From positions 1 through 39,019 of the forward strand of contig JBHHVD010000023.1 of the NCBI GenBank assembly GCA_046754105.1: DNA of 39,019 nt, read 5' to 3'. The stretch comes from Candidatus Krumholzibacteriia bacterium (GTDB lineage: Bacteria; Krumholzibacteriota; Krumholzibacteriia; WVZY01). The notes under the pieces were generated by a model that was given only the letters and a program-made list of their open reading frames with translations, searched no databases and had not been told where the DNA came from. This document shows, piece by piece, positions 9,008 through 17,783 of the stretch. Numbering within the stretch: the stretch's first letter is position 1; each line of letters begins with the position of its first letter. The position numbers and the translations under genes were made by a program.

Positions 9008-11503
9008 CTAGTGGATGACCGCGAGCTTGCGCGAGATGGTGCGGCCCGCCGCTTGCAGGCGGTAGAAGTAGATACCGGTGGCCACCGGCGCTCCGCGGCG
9101 ATCTATGCCGTCCCAGCGCACCGCCCGCCGCCCCACCACCCACTCCCTGTCGAGCAGCGTCGCCACCTCACGTCCCGTTACATCGTAGATTTTCAGAGTC
9201 GCCCGCGCGCCCGGCTCTGGCACGTTAAAACGGATCGTGGTTGCCGGGTTAAACGGGTTGGGAAAGTTCTGCGCGAGTGCTACTACCGGGGCGGTGGGGG
9301 GTCGGTCCAGGGCGGTGGCGACGTTCACGTAGGTCGTGATGGAGAAATCGTCGATCCCCGCCTCCACCTGCGAGGCGAGTCCGTAGTCGGCAGCAACGAA
9401 ACGGAACTGCACGCCGTCACTGAGAGGCACAAAGTCCGAGATATTTTTCTCGACCGGATACCAGCTACGCTCGCTCAGCAACACCGTTTCCATCCGTACC
9501 CAGCTCGCGCCGCTGTCGGCGGAGACATCCACCACCCACTCGTCGGAGCCCGTGTTGCCCCCCGTGTCATTCGTGTACCAGCGGTAGTACCGCACCCACG
9601 CGTTGCCCAGGGCGGACAGATCGTATACGGGGCTCGACAACGTGGTTTTTCCGTCATCGACGTCGTTGAACGCCGGGCCGGCGCCGGGGTTCGCGTTGCC
9701 GGTGACAAAGCACGTGACACCCGGGGCCGGTGTGTGGTCGTCCTCGGGCTGCACCTGTGCCGTGATCGTCCGCGTCCCGTTGGGGTCGACTCGCTCCCAG
9801 ATGCCGCTGGTCGCGTCGTCGCCGGACGCCCCGACCGTCCAACCGCTATCGGTTTCGAAATCATCCGCGACCACCGTCGTGGGCAGCCCCACGATGAACC
9901 AGTGTTTCTCCGCCGGTGCGGCGGTCGGGTGCACCGTGCGGTTGCCGGTCAGGTCCTCCGCTACGATGAAGTACTCGACGATGGTGCCTCCCGGTTGCGG
10001 CGGGATGAACGCTTCGAACTCAGCGGCGGCGCCCGTGGGAACCATCGTCAGCGACCGCACACCCGAGGTCGTAGCGTACCGGACCAGGAGCGAATCCGGG
10101 TTCAGAGTGCCCGCCGCAAACAGCCTGGCCGCTACGCGATACGGGTTCTGGTTGTCCTCGGTATGGGCAAGCGGTGTGTGGTTGACAGCCACCCGGAACG
10201 GAACGGCCAGGTCGGCCACCAGCGCCGCGGCCACCTTCACCGACCCCTCCGCGAGCAACGGTGCGTTGTAGCTCGGGCCAACGAGGTCGTTCGTCGTGTG
10301 TATGTACGGTGTGTGATTGCCGCTGTCTTCGAAGAACATTATGGCGTCGTATCCGTGGTTCCAGAACGGAACGTGATCGCTGCTCGCCGTCCCCGGAAGA
10401 TGGCCGTCCACCAGGGACAGGCCGGGCACGTAGAGTGCCCCGACGTTCATCACGCGGTCGCGAAGCCACTGCGAGCTGAAGTTGTCGATAATATCGAGGT
10501 CCATGGCGTCACCCGGCGCCACGTATCCGATCATGTCCACGTCGATCATCGCTATGATGTCGTCGCCGCGGGCGGCCGCCTCGGAGGCGTAGGCTTCGCT
10601 GCCCAGCAGGCCCAGCTCTTCGCCGCAAAAAGCGATGAAGGTCACCGTGTAGTCGAACCGGTAATTCCCAAGCACCCTGGCGCACTCGAGAACGCACGTG
10701 GTCCCGGACGCATTGTCGTCGGCACCGGGGCAGTTGCTGTGATTGCCGGTCACCGAGTCGTAGTGGCCGCCGATGACGACGATCTTCTGGGGGTTCCCCA
10801 CACCCGGCATGACGCCAACCACGTTATCGTAGTAGAGGGGGCTCCAGTCGTGGAAGTACACGCTGTCGATCCCGGAGGACTGGAAGCTGGATTTGATATA
10901 GTTGGCCGCGGCGAGACAGCTGTCATGGTTCGCATAGCGGGTGACGAAATCCTGCAGCCTCTGCACGGTGGCGTCGATGCGCGGGCCGGAGATGGAGTCG
11001 ACCATCGCCTGGATCATCGGGTCCGGCCCCAGCGCGGCGCTGCGGCGTGGACCGGGTTTGGCTCGTTTTGCGACACGCACCGGGCGCAAGAACACGCGCG
11101 CGATCTCGAACCCCTCTCCCGCGATCCGCACTGCCCCGTCCGGCGTCGCCTCGAACACCACGTCGGGGCCAGTCGGCGTCAACACGCTCGCGCGCGAAGC
11201 GATCGCGCTACGTTGGTCGTCCCTTGCAAGCGACGTCGTGTAGTAGGTCTTGCCGGTGATGTCCGCATCGAGCAGCTGCCAGGCGAGGCCGAGCGCGTCG
11301 AGTTTTCCCGTATCGGCGAGCGGTACTACGACCAGAAGACGGCCGGGGGTGTTGTCGACCACCATCACGTCCGCGGCAAGGAGCGCCTCCACGACACCCG
11401 GACGCGGGCTCGAAACGCTGACCAGCGCCGGGCCTACGGCGGCGGAAGCGGACGCTACGGCGAGGAATGCGGCAAGGATGCTGGCGACAATGATCTTTCC
11501 CAT
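9008..11503 (-). CDS. Secreted M28 family metallo-aminopeptidase with accessory beta domain and C-terminal FlgD-Ig/T9SS-type CTD
   Basis: Signal peptide. M28 motifs GGHYDS, GADDNASG, FCGEELGLLGS, DVDMIG, SSDH and YIHT. C-terminus QNFPNPFNPATTIRF...KIYDVTGREV...WDG...GIYFYRL. Confidence 0.92.
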   Translation of the reverse strand: MGKIIVASILAAFLAVASASAAVGPALVSVSSPRPGVVEALLAADVMVVDNTPGRLLVVVPLADTGKLDALGLAWQLLDADITGKTYYTTSLARDDQRSAIASRASVLTPTGPDVVFEATPDGAVRIAGEGFEIARVFLRPVRVAKRAKPGPRRSAALGPDPMIQAMVDSISGPRIDATVQRLQDFVTRYANHDSCLAAANYIKSSFQSSGIDSVYFHDWSPLYYDNVVGVMPGVGNPQKIVVIGGHYDSVTGNHSNCPGADDNASGTTCVLECARVLGNYRFDYTVTFIAFCGEELGLLGSEAYASEAAARGDDIIAMIDVDMIGYVAPGDAMDLDIIDNFSSQWLRDRVMNVGALYVPGLSLVDGHLPGTASSDHVPFWNHGYDAIMFFEDSGNHTPYIHTTNDLVGPSYNAPLLAEGSVKVAAALVADLAVPFRVAVNHTPLAHTEDNQNPYRVAARLFAAGTLNPDSLLVRYATTSGVRSLTMVPTGAAAEFEAFIPPQPGGTIVEYFIVAEDLTGNRTVHPTAAPAEKHWFIVGLPTTVVADDFETDSGWTVGASGDDATSGIWERVDPNGTRTITAQVQPEDDHTPAPGVTCFVTGNANPGAGPAFNDVDDGKTTLSSPVYDLSALGNAWVRYYRWYTNDTGGNTGSDEWVVDVSADSGASWVRMETVLLSERSWYPVEKNISDFVPLSDGVQFRFVAADYGLASQVEAGIDDFSITTYVNVATALDRPPTAPVVALAQNFPNPFNPATTIRFNVPEPGARATLKIYDVTGREVATLLDREWVVGRRAVRWDGIDRRGAPVATGIYFYRLQAAGRTISRKLAVIH

Positions 11504-11620
11504 TTGTGGGCGCTCGTTCGATCACGAGGTAGCGCTGCGGTTTGCACCTTAATGATAGTACGCCACCACCTGTCCCGCCACCGAATAAACCGGCGTGCCG
11601 CCCGTCAACTCCTCGTAGAA

Positions 11621-11634
11621 TTGACAAATATCAA
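11621..11634. promoter_or_regulatory. FNR-like box
   Basis: TTGAC-AAAT-ATCAA, one mismatch to TTGAT-N4-ATCAA. Shares AATTGACAAAT with the site at 7047. Confidence 0.55.
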
Positions 11635-11846
11635 GCAGCGCCATATGGATCGGCCGCGGGGCCGGTAGATAGACCGTCCACCCGGCCGGCGCGGGGATCG
11701 AGCTCCGCCGCTTGCCGAGTCTTCTCCAATCACCGGCAGCCACACCGCCCGGCCGGGGTCCGCGCGGTTATTTTCCGTATCGCTTCTTGAATTCCCGCTG
11801 TGCCTCGATGCGTTTCGCCTTCTCTTTCATCGAGCCGCCCCTGAAT

Positions 11847-11864
11847 ATGTGAACTAATTCACTA
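11847..11864. promoter_or_regulatory. Rex-like (or CRP-like) operator
   Basis: ATGTGAA-CTAA-TTCACTA matches 12/14 positions of the Rex consensus TTGTGAA-N4-TTCACAA and also fits CRP TGTGA-N6-TCAC. Confidence 0.45.
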
Positions 11865-11930
11865 GTGCCAGAAAAAAACCATTCTGCCCTTGATCGGAAT
11901 GGAGTGTATCACACAACATCCTTTAATCAA

Positions 11931-11944
11931 ATGACATAGGTCAA
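11931..11944. promoter_or_regulatory. Third FNR-like box
   Basis: ATGAC-ATAG-GTCAA, one mismatch to TTGAC-N4-GTCAA. Confidence 0.4.
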
Positions 11945-11956
11945 GCGTCCCCCAGA

Positions 11957-11974
11957 ATGATGAACATTCATCAT
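11957..11974. promoter_or_regulatory. Perfect 8-2-8 palindromic operator, regulator unknown
   Basis: ATGATGAA-CA-TTCATCAT in the AT-rich region upstream of the thiolase operon. Confidence 0.5.
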
Positions 11975-12354
11975 ATCGAGAACAGCACGCATGTAACTCG
12001 CTTGTGCTCAGTCAGTTACCTGCCCCCAACGCGCCGGGAGGGCGCACTTCGCTCGATTTCCGCCGACCGGGGTTCTCGTTCCCCGGTCAGGGCCAGCTGT
12101 TAATACGCCGCTTTACGACCTCCGGAGCCGGTTGCAGGACCGCGTCCCGCGTGTCCGCACATTCTTGAAATATAGCCCGTCCATTCGGCGGCGATTTATA
12201 GTAGTATCACGAAACGCCCAACCGGGTGCCCGCATTTCCCCGCGTACCGCTTTGCGAATTGTAAAGAGACGGACCGGCAGGATCAGTGCCGGCCCCGCGA
12301 TACATGCAAGAGCGTCACCAGGGGCACCACTGGAACTCGTGCAAGGAGGAAGTG

Positions 12355-13752
12355 ATGATCGAATTTCAATCCGGCAACCTCAGGGTCCCGAAGTGGACGC
12401 GCCCCGTCTACGTCGTGGCCGCCGGCGTGAGCGATTTTCGCAAGCGTTATCCCGAAAAGAAACTGGAAGAAATTTGCATGATGGCCTTCCGGATGATGCT
12501 CGAAGAGAACGATCTCAAGATGGATCCGCTGGAGGTCAAGGGGCTCATCAACTTTTGTTCCTACGGAGAGTTTGCCGACCATTTCCAGGACCAGCTGCTG
12601 TGCGAGGCCAAGGTGCACGACTACCTTGGACTCGACTTGCTGCCGAACGTGGGCGTCAAGACCGGCGGCGCTACGGGGGGGTCGGCGCTGCTCGTCGGAG
12701 CCAACACCGTCGCCAGCGGCATGGCGGACTGCACCCTCGTCCTCGGCTGGGAACGCATGGACGAGGTGAAAACGTGGACCGGCAATTACTATATCGCGAC
12801 GGCGGCGTGCAAGGACTTCGAGACACGACTGGCCAGGAACTACGCAAGTTACTACGCACCCATGGCCCGGCGCTTTCAGGAGATGTACAACGTGGACGAG
12901 CGTGTGCGCGCCGAGATCGCCGTCAAGAATCGCGGATACGCGTGCAACTCACCGTTCGCCCAGCAGTCGGGACGACACACGATCGATGAAGTACTCGGTG
13001 GTGACATCGTATCCGATCCCCTGCGTTTTCTGGAATGCTGCGCGATGAGCGTCGGGTCGGCCGCGGTGCTGCTCTGTACGGAAGAGCTGGCTTACAAGCT
13101 CACCGATACTCCAGCACGCGTCTATACCGCGGGCGGATCGCACACGCTGCGCACCGGCGACCGGCGGCCGATGCGCATTCCGCTTCTTCCCAACGAGACG
13201 GAAGAGGACTATCGCGAGCTCTACCAGCAGATGGAAAAGGAAGACGGCCGCTGGCCGGGATTCGAGAGTTTCGGCGCCACGCGTTTTGCCGCCTACATGG
13301 CATATCGCATGGCGGGCATCAAGGATCCACTCGAGGACCTCGACCTGGTGGAGACCCACGACGCCTTCACCATCTCGGACCTGCAGACATACGGAGACGT
13401 GGGCCTGACGCTCTACGGCAAGGAGCAGGACTACGTCACCTCCGGTGACTGCTACCTCGTCAACCCGCATACCGGTAAGCCGGGCAAGTGCCCGTCCAAT
13501 CTCTCGGGGGGGCTTCTCGGCACCATGCACGCCGTGGGAGCCACCGGCATCTGGCAGGCCGGCGAGGTGCTCTGGCAGCTGCAGGGCAAGTATGACAAAT
13601 TCCACGGCGACCCCGAGATCTGGCAGCGCTACGGCAAGAAGAAACCGGATGACTGGGAAAGCATGCAGGTAAAGGACGCGCGCCGGGGCCTGGCGATTTC
13701 CCACGCCGGCGTCGGCTCTCACGTGGTTTGTACCGTTCTCGAAAGGGACTGA
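12355..13752 (+). CDS. Thiolase-fold (SCP2/archaeal-type) protein lacking the canonical nucleophilic Cys
   Basis: Start ATG 12355 after AAGGAGG. Motifs VKTGGATGG (at the position of C-A-S-G), ETHDAFT, NLSGGLLGTMHAVGATG and C-terminal SHAGVG. Adjacent to DUF35. Confidence 0.88.
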   Translation: MIEFQSGNLRVPKWTRPVYVVAAGVSDFRKRYPEKKLEEICMMAFRMMLEENDLKMDPLEVKGLINFCSYGEFADHFQDQLLCEAKVHDYLGLDLLPNVGVKTGGATGGSALLVGANTVASGMADCTLVLGWERMDEVKTWTGNYYIATAACKDFETRLARNYASYYAPMARRFQEMYNVDERVRAEIAVKNRGYACNSPFAQQSGRHTIDEVLGGDIVSDPLRFLECCAMSVGSAAVLLCTEELAYKLTDTPARVYTAGGSHTLRTGDRRPMRIPLLPNETEEDYRELYQQMEKEDGRWPGFESFGATRFAAYMAYRMAGIKDPLEDLDLVETHDAFTISDLQTYGDVGLTLYGKEQDYVTSGDCYLVNPHTGKPGKCPSNLSGGLLGTMHAVGATGIWQAGEVLWQLQGKYDKFHGDPEIWQRYGKKKPDDWESMQVKDARRGLAISHAGVGSHVVCTVLERD

Positions 13753-13765
13753 TAAGGAGAAGAAA

Positions 13766-14278
13766 ATGACGGATCGAGTCAAACTGGACACGAAGCCCTC
13801 CGAGATCACCAATGTGGGCGACGCGTGGGTGCTGCATTTCCCGCGCTTTGGTATCGAGGGGCAGCACTATCACACCTACGGGCTTCTCACCCCCTATTTC
13901 AAGGGCCTTACCGAGGGCCGGTTGATGGCGACAAAGTGTACGAATTCCGGGTGTCCCGTATCCCGGGGCAACGGCGAATTGTGGCTGCCGCCGCGTGCCG
14001 ACTGCCCGGATTGTCACCAGCCCATGGTGTGGGACGAAATCAAGGATCCCAAGGGGTACATCTACTCGTTTACCTACGTGGAGCGTGGCGGCCAGGGGCT
14101 CGAGGTCGAGTGCCCGTACTACCAGATCGACGTCAAACTGGAAGGCGTCGCCTCTATAGTGAAGAGCTACCTCGTCGACCGCAAGCCGATTAAGATCGGG
14201 GACAAGGTCCGCGCGCGGTTCGTGACCGGCGTCGACGCGACCAACACCTGTCTGGACCTGTGCTGGGAACTCATCTGA
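13766..14278 (+). CDS. DUF35 Zn-ribbon/OB-fold protein (thiolase partner)
   Basis: YFKGLTEGRLMATKC-x4-C...PPRADCPDC, GYIYSFT, IKIGDKVRARF. SD AAGGAG. Confidence 0.9.
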   Translation: MTDRVKLDTKPSEITNVGDAWVLHFPRFGIEGQHYHTYGLLTPYFKGLTEGRLMATKCTNSGCPVSRGNGELWLPPRADCPDCHQPMVWDEIKDPKGYIYSFTYVERGGQGLEVECPYYQIDVKLEGVASIVKSYLVDRKPIKIGDKVRARFVTGVDATNTCLDLCWELI

Positions 14279-14357
14279 CGGCGCTACGACGCATGGCCGC
14301 CGCGGAGCCGAATTGGACAAGCCCGTGTGCAACGAGACCCGGGGTTCGGCCCGGAAG

Positions 14358-15497
14358 TTGAAAATACTGTTCGCCGATTCCGTCCGCATCTGGGGCGGCG
14401 CCCAGCGATTCGTGCTGGAGTCCGCCGAGGGTCTCGCATCGCGCGGCCACCGGGTCGTAATCCAGACCCATCCCGGAACGCCGCTTGCCACCCGCGCCAG
14501 CGAGCGCGGACTGCCGCTACAAGAGGTGTCCACGCGCACGGACTCCGCCCCGTGGACCGTTCTGCCCCTGGCCGCCCGCATGCGGCGGCGGCCCTACGAC
14601 GTGGTGGTCACGACGTGGGACAAGGACCTGCGCACGACCGGCCTGGCGGCGAAACTCTGCGGCCGCGGCACCGTCATCATCCACACACGCGAGTGCGACG
14701 ATCCCCTCAAGGACCGGTTGCGCTACCGTTGGTTCTACAACCACATCGCCTCTCACATTCTCGTCAACAGCCGGGCGACACTCGCCACGACGCTTCGGTC
14801 GGCACCGTGGCTGGACGAGAACCGTACCAGCATCCTCTATAAGGGAATCGAACTGCGTGGTTACGAATCACCGGATGGAGCCGGGTGGCGAGGGCGGCTC
14901 GACCCCGACCGGAACCGCGTCGTCATCGGGTATGCCGGACAGCTGATCGACCGCAAGCGGATCGACGTCGCCATGCGAGAGCTGGCAGGCCCAGGCGTGG
15001 TGGAATTGCCGTGGCACCTCGCCATCGCCGGCCGCGGTCCGGCCGAGGAGCGCCTCCGCGCGGAGGCCCGCCGCCTGGGCATCGAGGAGCGGGTCGGTTT
15101 CTGTGGTTTCGTCGACGGCCTGCACGACTGGATGGCATCGATCGACATCTTCGTTCTGCCTTCGCTCGTCGAGGGATTCGGTTACGTCCTCGCCGAAGCC
15201 GGCGCGGCCGGCAAACCCTCCATCGCCTACCGGGCGAGCAGCGTGCCGGAAGTCGTGGTCGAGGGGGAGACGGCGCTGCTTGCGGAGCCCGGAAACGACG
15301 ACGAGTTTGGCCGGCACCTGCGGCGCCTCATAGGCGACGCGTCGCTTCGCGAAAGAATGGGTGCCGCCGCCCGGCGCGACGTCTTTGCGCGACACGGACT
15401 GAACACGATGGTCGAGCGCATGGAGGCTCAGATGTTCCGTCTGGTGGATCACGCGTCGCGTGGCCGCGCCGAAAAGCAACATTGGGAGGCGCGGTGA
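14358..15497 (+). CDS. Glycosyltransferase family 4
   Basis: TTG start giving MKILFADS..WGGAQR; IGYAGQLIDRKR; DIFVLPSLVEGFGYVLAEAGAAGKP (EX7E motif). Confidence 0.9.
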   Translation: MKILFADSVRIWGGAQRFVLESAEGLASRGHRVVIQTHPGTPLATRASERGLPLQEVSTRTDSAPWTVLPLAARMRRRPYDVVVTTWDKDLRTTGLAAKLCGRGTVIIHTRECDDPLKDRLRYRWFYNHIASHILVNSRATLATTLRSAPWLDENRTSILYKGIELRGYESPDGAGWRGRLDPDRNRVVIGYAGQLIDRKRIDVAMRELAGPGVVELPWHLAIAGRGPAEERLRAEARRLGIEERVGFCGFVDGLHDWMASIDIFVLPSLVEGFGYVLAEAGAAGKPSIAYRASSVPEVVVEGETALLAEPGNDDEFGRHLRRLIGDASLRERMGAAARRDVFARHGLNTMVERMEAQMFRLVDHASRGRAEKQHWEAR

Positions 15498-16138
15498 AAC
15501 AATTTCTGAGTCGCTGTGCGGACGCCGTACTCGAGGGAGACAAATCCCTGGCGACGACCCTCGCCACCGAGGTTCTCAGCGGGCGTTACGACATTATAAA
15601 GGTCGTAGAGAAGGGGTTTGCCGCCGGCATCCGTGAAGCGGGCGCATTGTGGAAAAAGGGAGAGTACTTCCTGCCGGAGCTGGCATTTAGCGCGGAGGCA
15701 ATGAAAGCAGCCATGGAAGTGCTCCGCCCCGCGCTGCTCGAGAAGAGTGCAAAGGAGCGGTCGAGAGGCATCGTCATCATCGGCACCGTCCAGGGCGACA
15801 TCCATGACATCGGCAAAACACTCGTCGCTACGATGCTCTCCGCCAACGGTTACCGCGTAATCGACCTGGGCGCCGACATCGAGCACGCACGTTTTCTCGA
15901 GGAGGCGGAGAAGCACGAGGCGGATTTCTTGTGTATGTCCGCGCTCCTCACTACGACGATGGCCGGGCAGGGGCAGGTCATCGCACGGCTGGAGAAGAAC
16001 CGGTCGAGGGATCGCATCAAGGTTGTCGTGGGTGGTGCGCCGACCTCCACTTCGTGGGCCGAGGAGATTGGTGCGGACGGTTACGCGGAGAACGCCGTTG
16101 AAGCGGTCCGGATCCTGAACTCGCTCGGGGCTTCGTGA
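15494..16138 (+). CDS. Corrinoid (B12-binding) methyl-carrier protein, MttC/MtbC-like
   Basis: GTG start overlaps the GT stop (GTGA), GGAGG SD. Cap domain followed by GTVQGDIHDIGK (DxHxxG), SALLTTT and VVGGAP. Confidence 0.93.
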   Translation: MKQFLSRCADAVLEGDKSLATTLATEVLSGRYDIIKVVEKGFAAGIREAGALWKKGEYFLPELAFSAEAMKAAMEVLRPALLEKSAKERSRGIVIIGTVQGDIHDIGKTLVATMLSANGYRVIDLGADIEHARFLEEAEKHEADFLCMSALLTTTMAGQGQVIARLEKNRSRDRIKVVVGGAPTSTSWAEEIGADGYAENAVEAVRILNSLGAS

Positions 16139-16139
16139 C

Positions 16140-17078
16140 ATGTCCAGGCACAATGAATTGCGAAAGCGGTTTCTAAGCGGCTCGATCCTCTTCGACGGTG
16201 GATTGGGCACCATGCTGATCGCGGCCGGCCTGCAAACCGGCGCCGCTCCCGAGGAATGGAATCTCACCAGGCCCGACGAACTGAGGCGCATCCACGCGTC
16301 CTATCTGCAGGCGGGTTCCGACGTGATCTCGACCAACACGTTTGGCGCCACGGCGGCGCGCCTCGCGAGCCACGGCCTGGGCGATCGGCTACGGGACATC
16401 AACACGGCGGGAGTGCGGCTGGCGGGGGACGCCGTGGCCGGTTTTCGCGAAGGCAAGCACGGGGTCGGATCCCGCGACTCGCTGCGCCCGGCCGGGGAAA
16501 AATGTATCGCCCTGTCGATCGGACCCACCGGCAAGCTGCTGCCCCCGGTTGGCCCGGCTACCGAAGACGAAATACGCGGGGAGTATCTCGCGCAGATCGA
16601 GAGTATCGACGATGATTTCGATCTCGTCGTGGTGGAGACAATCTTCGATTTGCGGGAAGGAGTGATCGCCTTGCAAACGGCGAAGAGCCTGCTCCCCTGT
16701 CCGGTGGCGGTCTCTCTCACCTACGAAGCCAAACCCCGGGGCTTCTTTACCATGATGGGGAACGAGGCGGGCGACGCCGTCAGGGAGTTGGAAGCGGCGG
16801 GCGCGGATATCGTCGGTGCCAACTGTTCGATCTCGAGCGCCGATATGCTGCGGCTGGCCGCCCTGATGAGGCGAAGCACCGACCTGCCGATCCTCTGCCA
16901 GCCCAACGCAGGCAACCCGGCGCTAAAGAACGGGCTTCCCGTCTACGAGCAGCGTCCGCAGGAGTTTGCGGGCGACGCCGTGCGACTCTTGGACATGGGA
17001 ATCAATGCGGTGGGGGGGTGCTGCGGAACAACCCCTGACTTTATTCGCGAACTCTCCACACGAGTGAATACGTCATGA
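16140..17078 (+). CDS. Homocysteine S-methyltransferase domain protein (stand-alone MetH N-terminal domain)
   Basis: FDGGLGTML, YLQAGSDVISTNTFGA, SIGPTG, Zn ligands GANCS and GGCCGT, QPNAG. Confidence 0.93.
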   Translation: MSRHNELRKRFLSGSILFDGGLGTMLIAAGLQTGAAPEEWNLTRPDELRRIHASYLQAGSDVISTNTFGATAARLASHGLGDRLRDINTAGVRLAGDAVAGFREGKHGVGSRDSLRPAGEKCIALSIGPTGKLLPPVGPATEDEIRGEYLAQIESIDDDFDLVVVETIFDLREGVIALQTAKSLLPCPVAVSLTYEAKPRGFFTMMGNEAGDAVRELEAAGADIVGANCSISSADMLRLAALMRRSTDLPILCQPNAGNPALKNGLPVYEQRPQEFAGDAVRLLDMGINAVGGCCGTTPDFIRELSTRVNTS

Positions 17079-17105
17079 AGCAACGGAATCCGGAACGGTA
17101 AATCA

Positions 17106-17783
17106 ATGGGAAACGTCCGGCGCACCGCCGACCTTCAAATCTCGATACGCGACGACGAGATGGCGGGCCTCCTGGGTTACCCGGATGCGGTCCTCCCCGA
17201 GCGCGTACGGGCGATGATCGCGGAGATCGAGCGCCGAGCCCGGGGCCTGCTCGCACCGGCGTGCGCGTACCGCGTCATGCGCAGGGAAGAATACCAGCAT
17301 TCCAGGTATCTAAGGGCAGTCGACGAGTCGGTGCTGTGTCTTGTCACTGTCGGTGGAGACCTCGAGCGCGAGGTAACGCGGCACAAACAATCAGGCGAGT
17401 TGACCCGGGCGCTATTGCTCGACACCTACGGCTCCGCAGCAGCGGAGGCCGCAGCGGCAGCGGCCAACGCCATCATCGAAAACGTCGTCGGCGCCCGTGG
17501 TCTGCGCTGCAGCCGGAGATTCAGCCCGGGCTACGGCGGCTGGCCGGTCGAGGAGCAGCGGTGGATCCTGCCCGCGCTCGAAGCCGATACGCTGCACGTA
17601 ACGCTCACCGAGGGCTGCATGATGAATCCAAGAAAGTCGATTACGTTCGCCGTCACGATCAGTGAGGATCCCGTAGAGAAGCGGGCGGTGGACATCTGCG
17701 AGACGTGCGGTGCCGTCAACTGCCGCTTGCGCCACACGACGCACAAATGCTTCGGGGAAAGGTCCAATGACGCGCTTTCATGA
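17106..17783 (+). CDS. Stand-alone B12-dependent methionine synthase activation (SAM-binding) domain
   Basis: LVTVGGDLE, LLLDTYGSAAAE, RRFSPGYGGWP, LTEGCMMNPRKSIT. Cys-rich tail CETCGAVNC. Confidence 0.88.
   Translation: MGNVRRTADLQISIRDDEMAGLLGYPDAVLPERVRAMIAEIERRARGLLAPACAYRVMRREEYQHSRYLRAVDESVLCLVTVGGDLEREVTRHKQSGELTRALLLDTYGSAAAEAAAAAANAIIENVVGARGLRCSRRFSPGYGGWPVEEQRWILPALEADTLHVTLTEGCMMNPRKSITFAVTISEDPVEKRAVDICETCGAVNCRLRHTTHKCFGERSNDALS

Noticed and set aside
11980..12340. Cobalamin or SAM riboswitch ahead of the B12 operon
   Set aside because: No B12-box or SAM-I core could be recognised by eye. An Rfam search would be needed to exclude it formally.
14885..15493. N-terminal extension of the 417-aa ORF on the corrinoid protein (similar extensions on phoU, pstC, pstB, purF and 36891-37871)
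   Set aside because: The extensions mostly overlap upstream genes or promoters and lack family similarity. Downstream starts fit family lengths and mostly have SD sequences.
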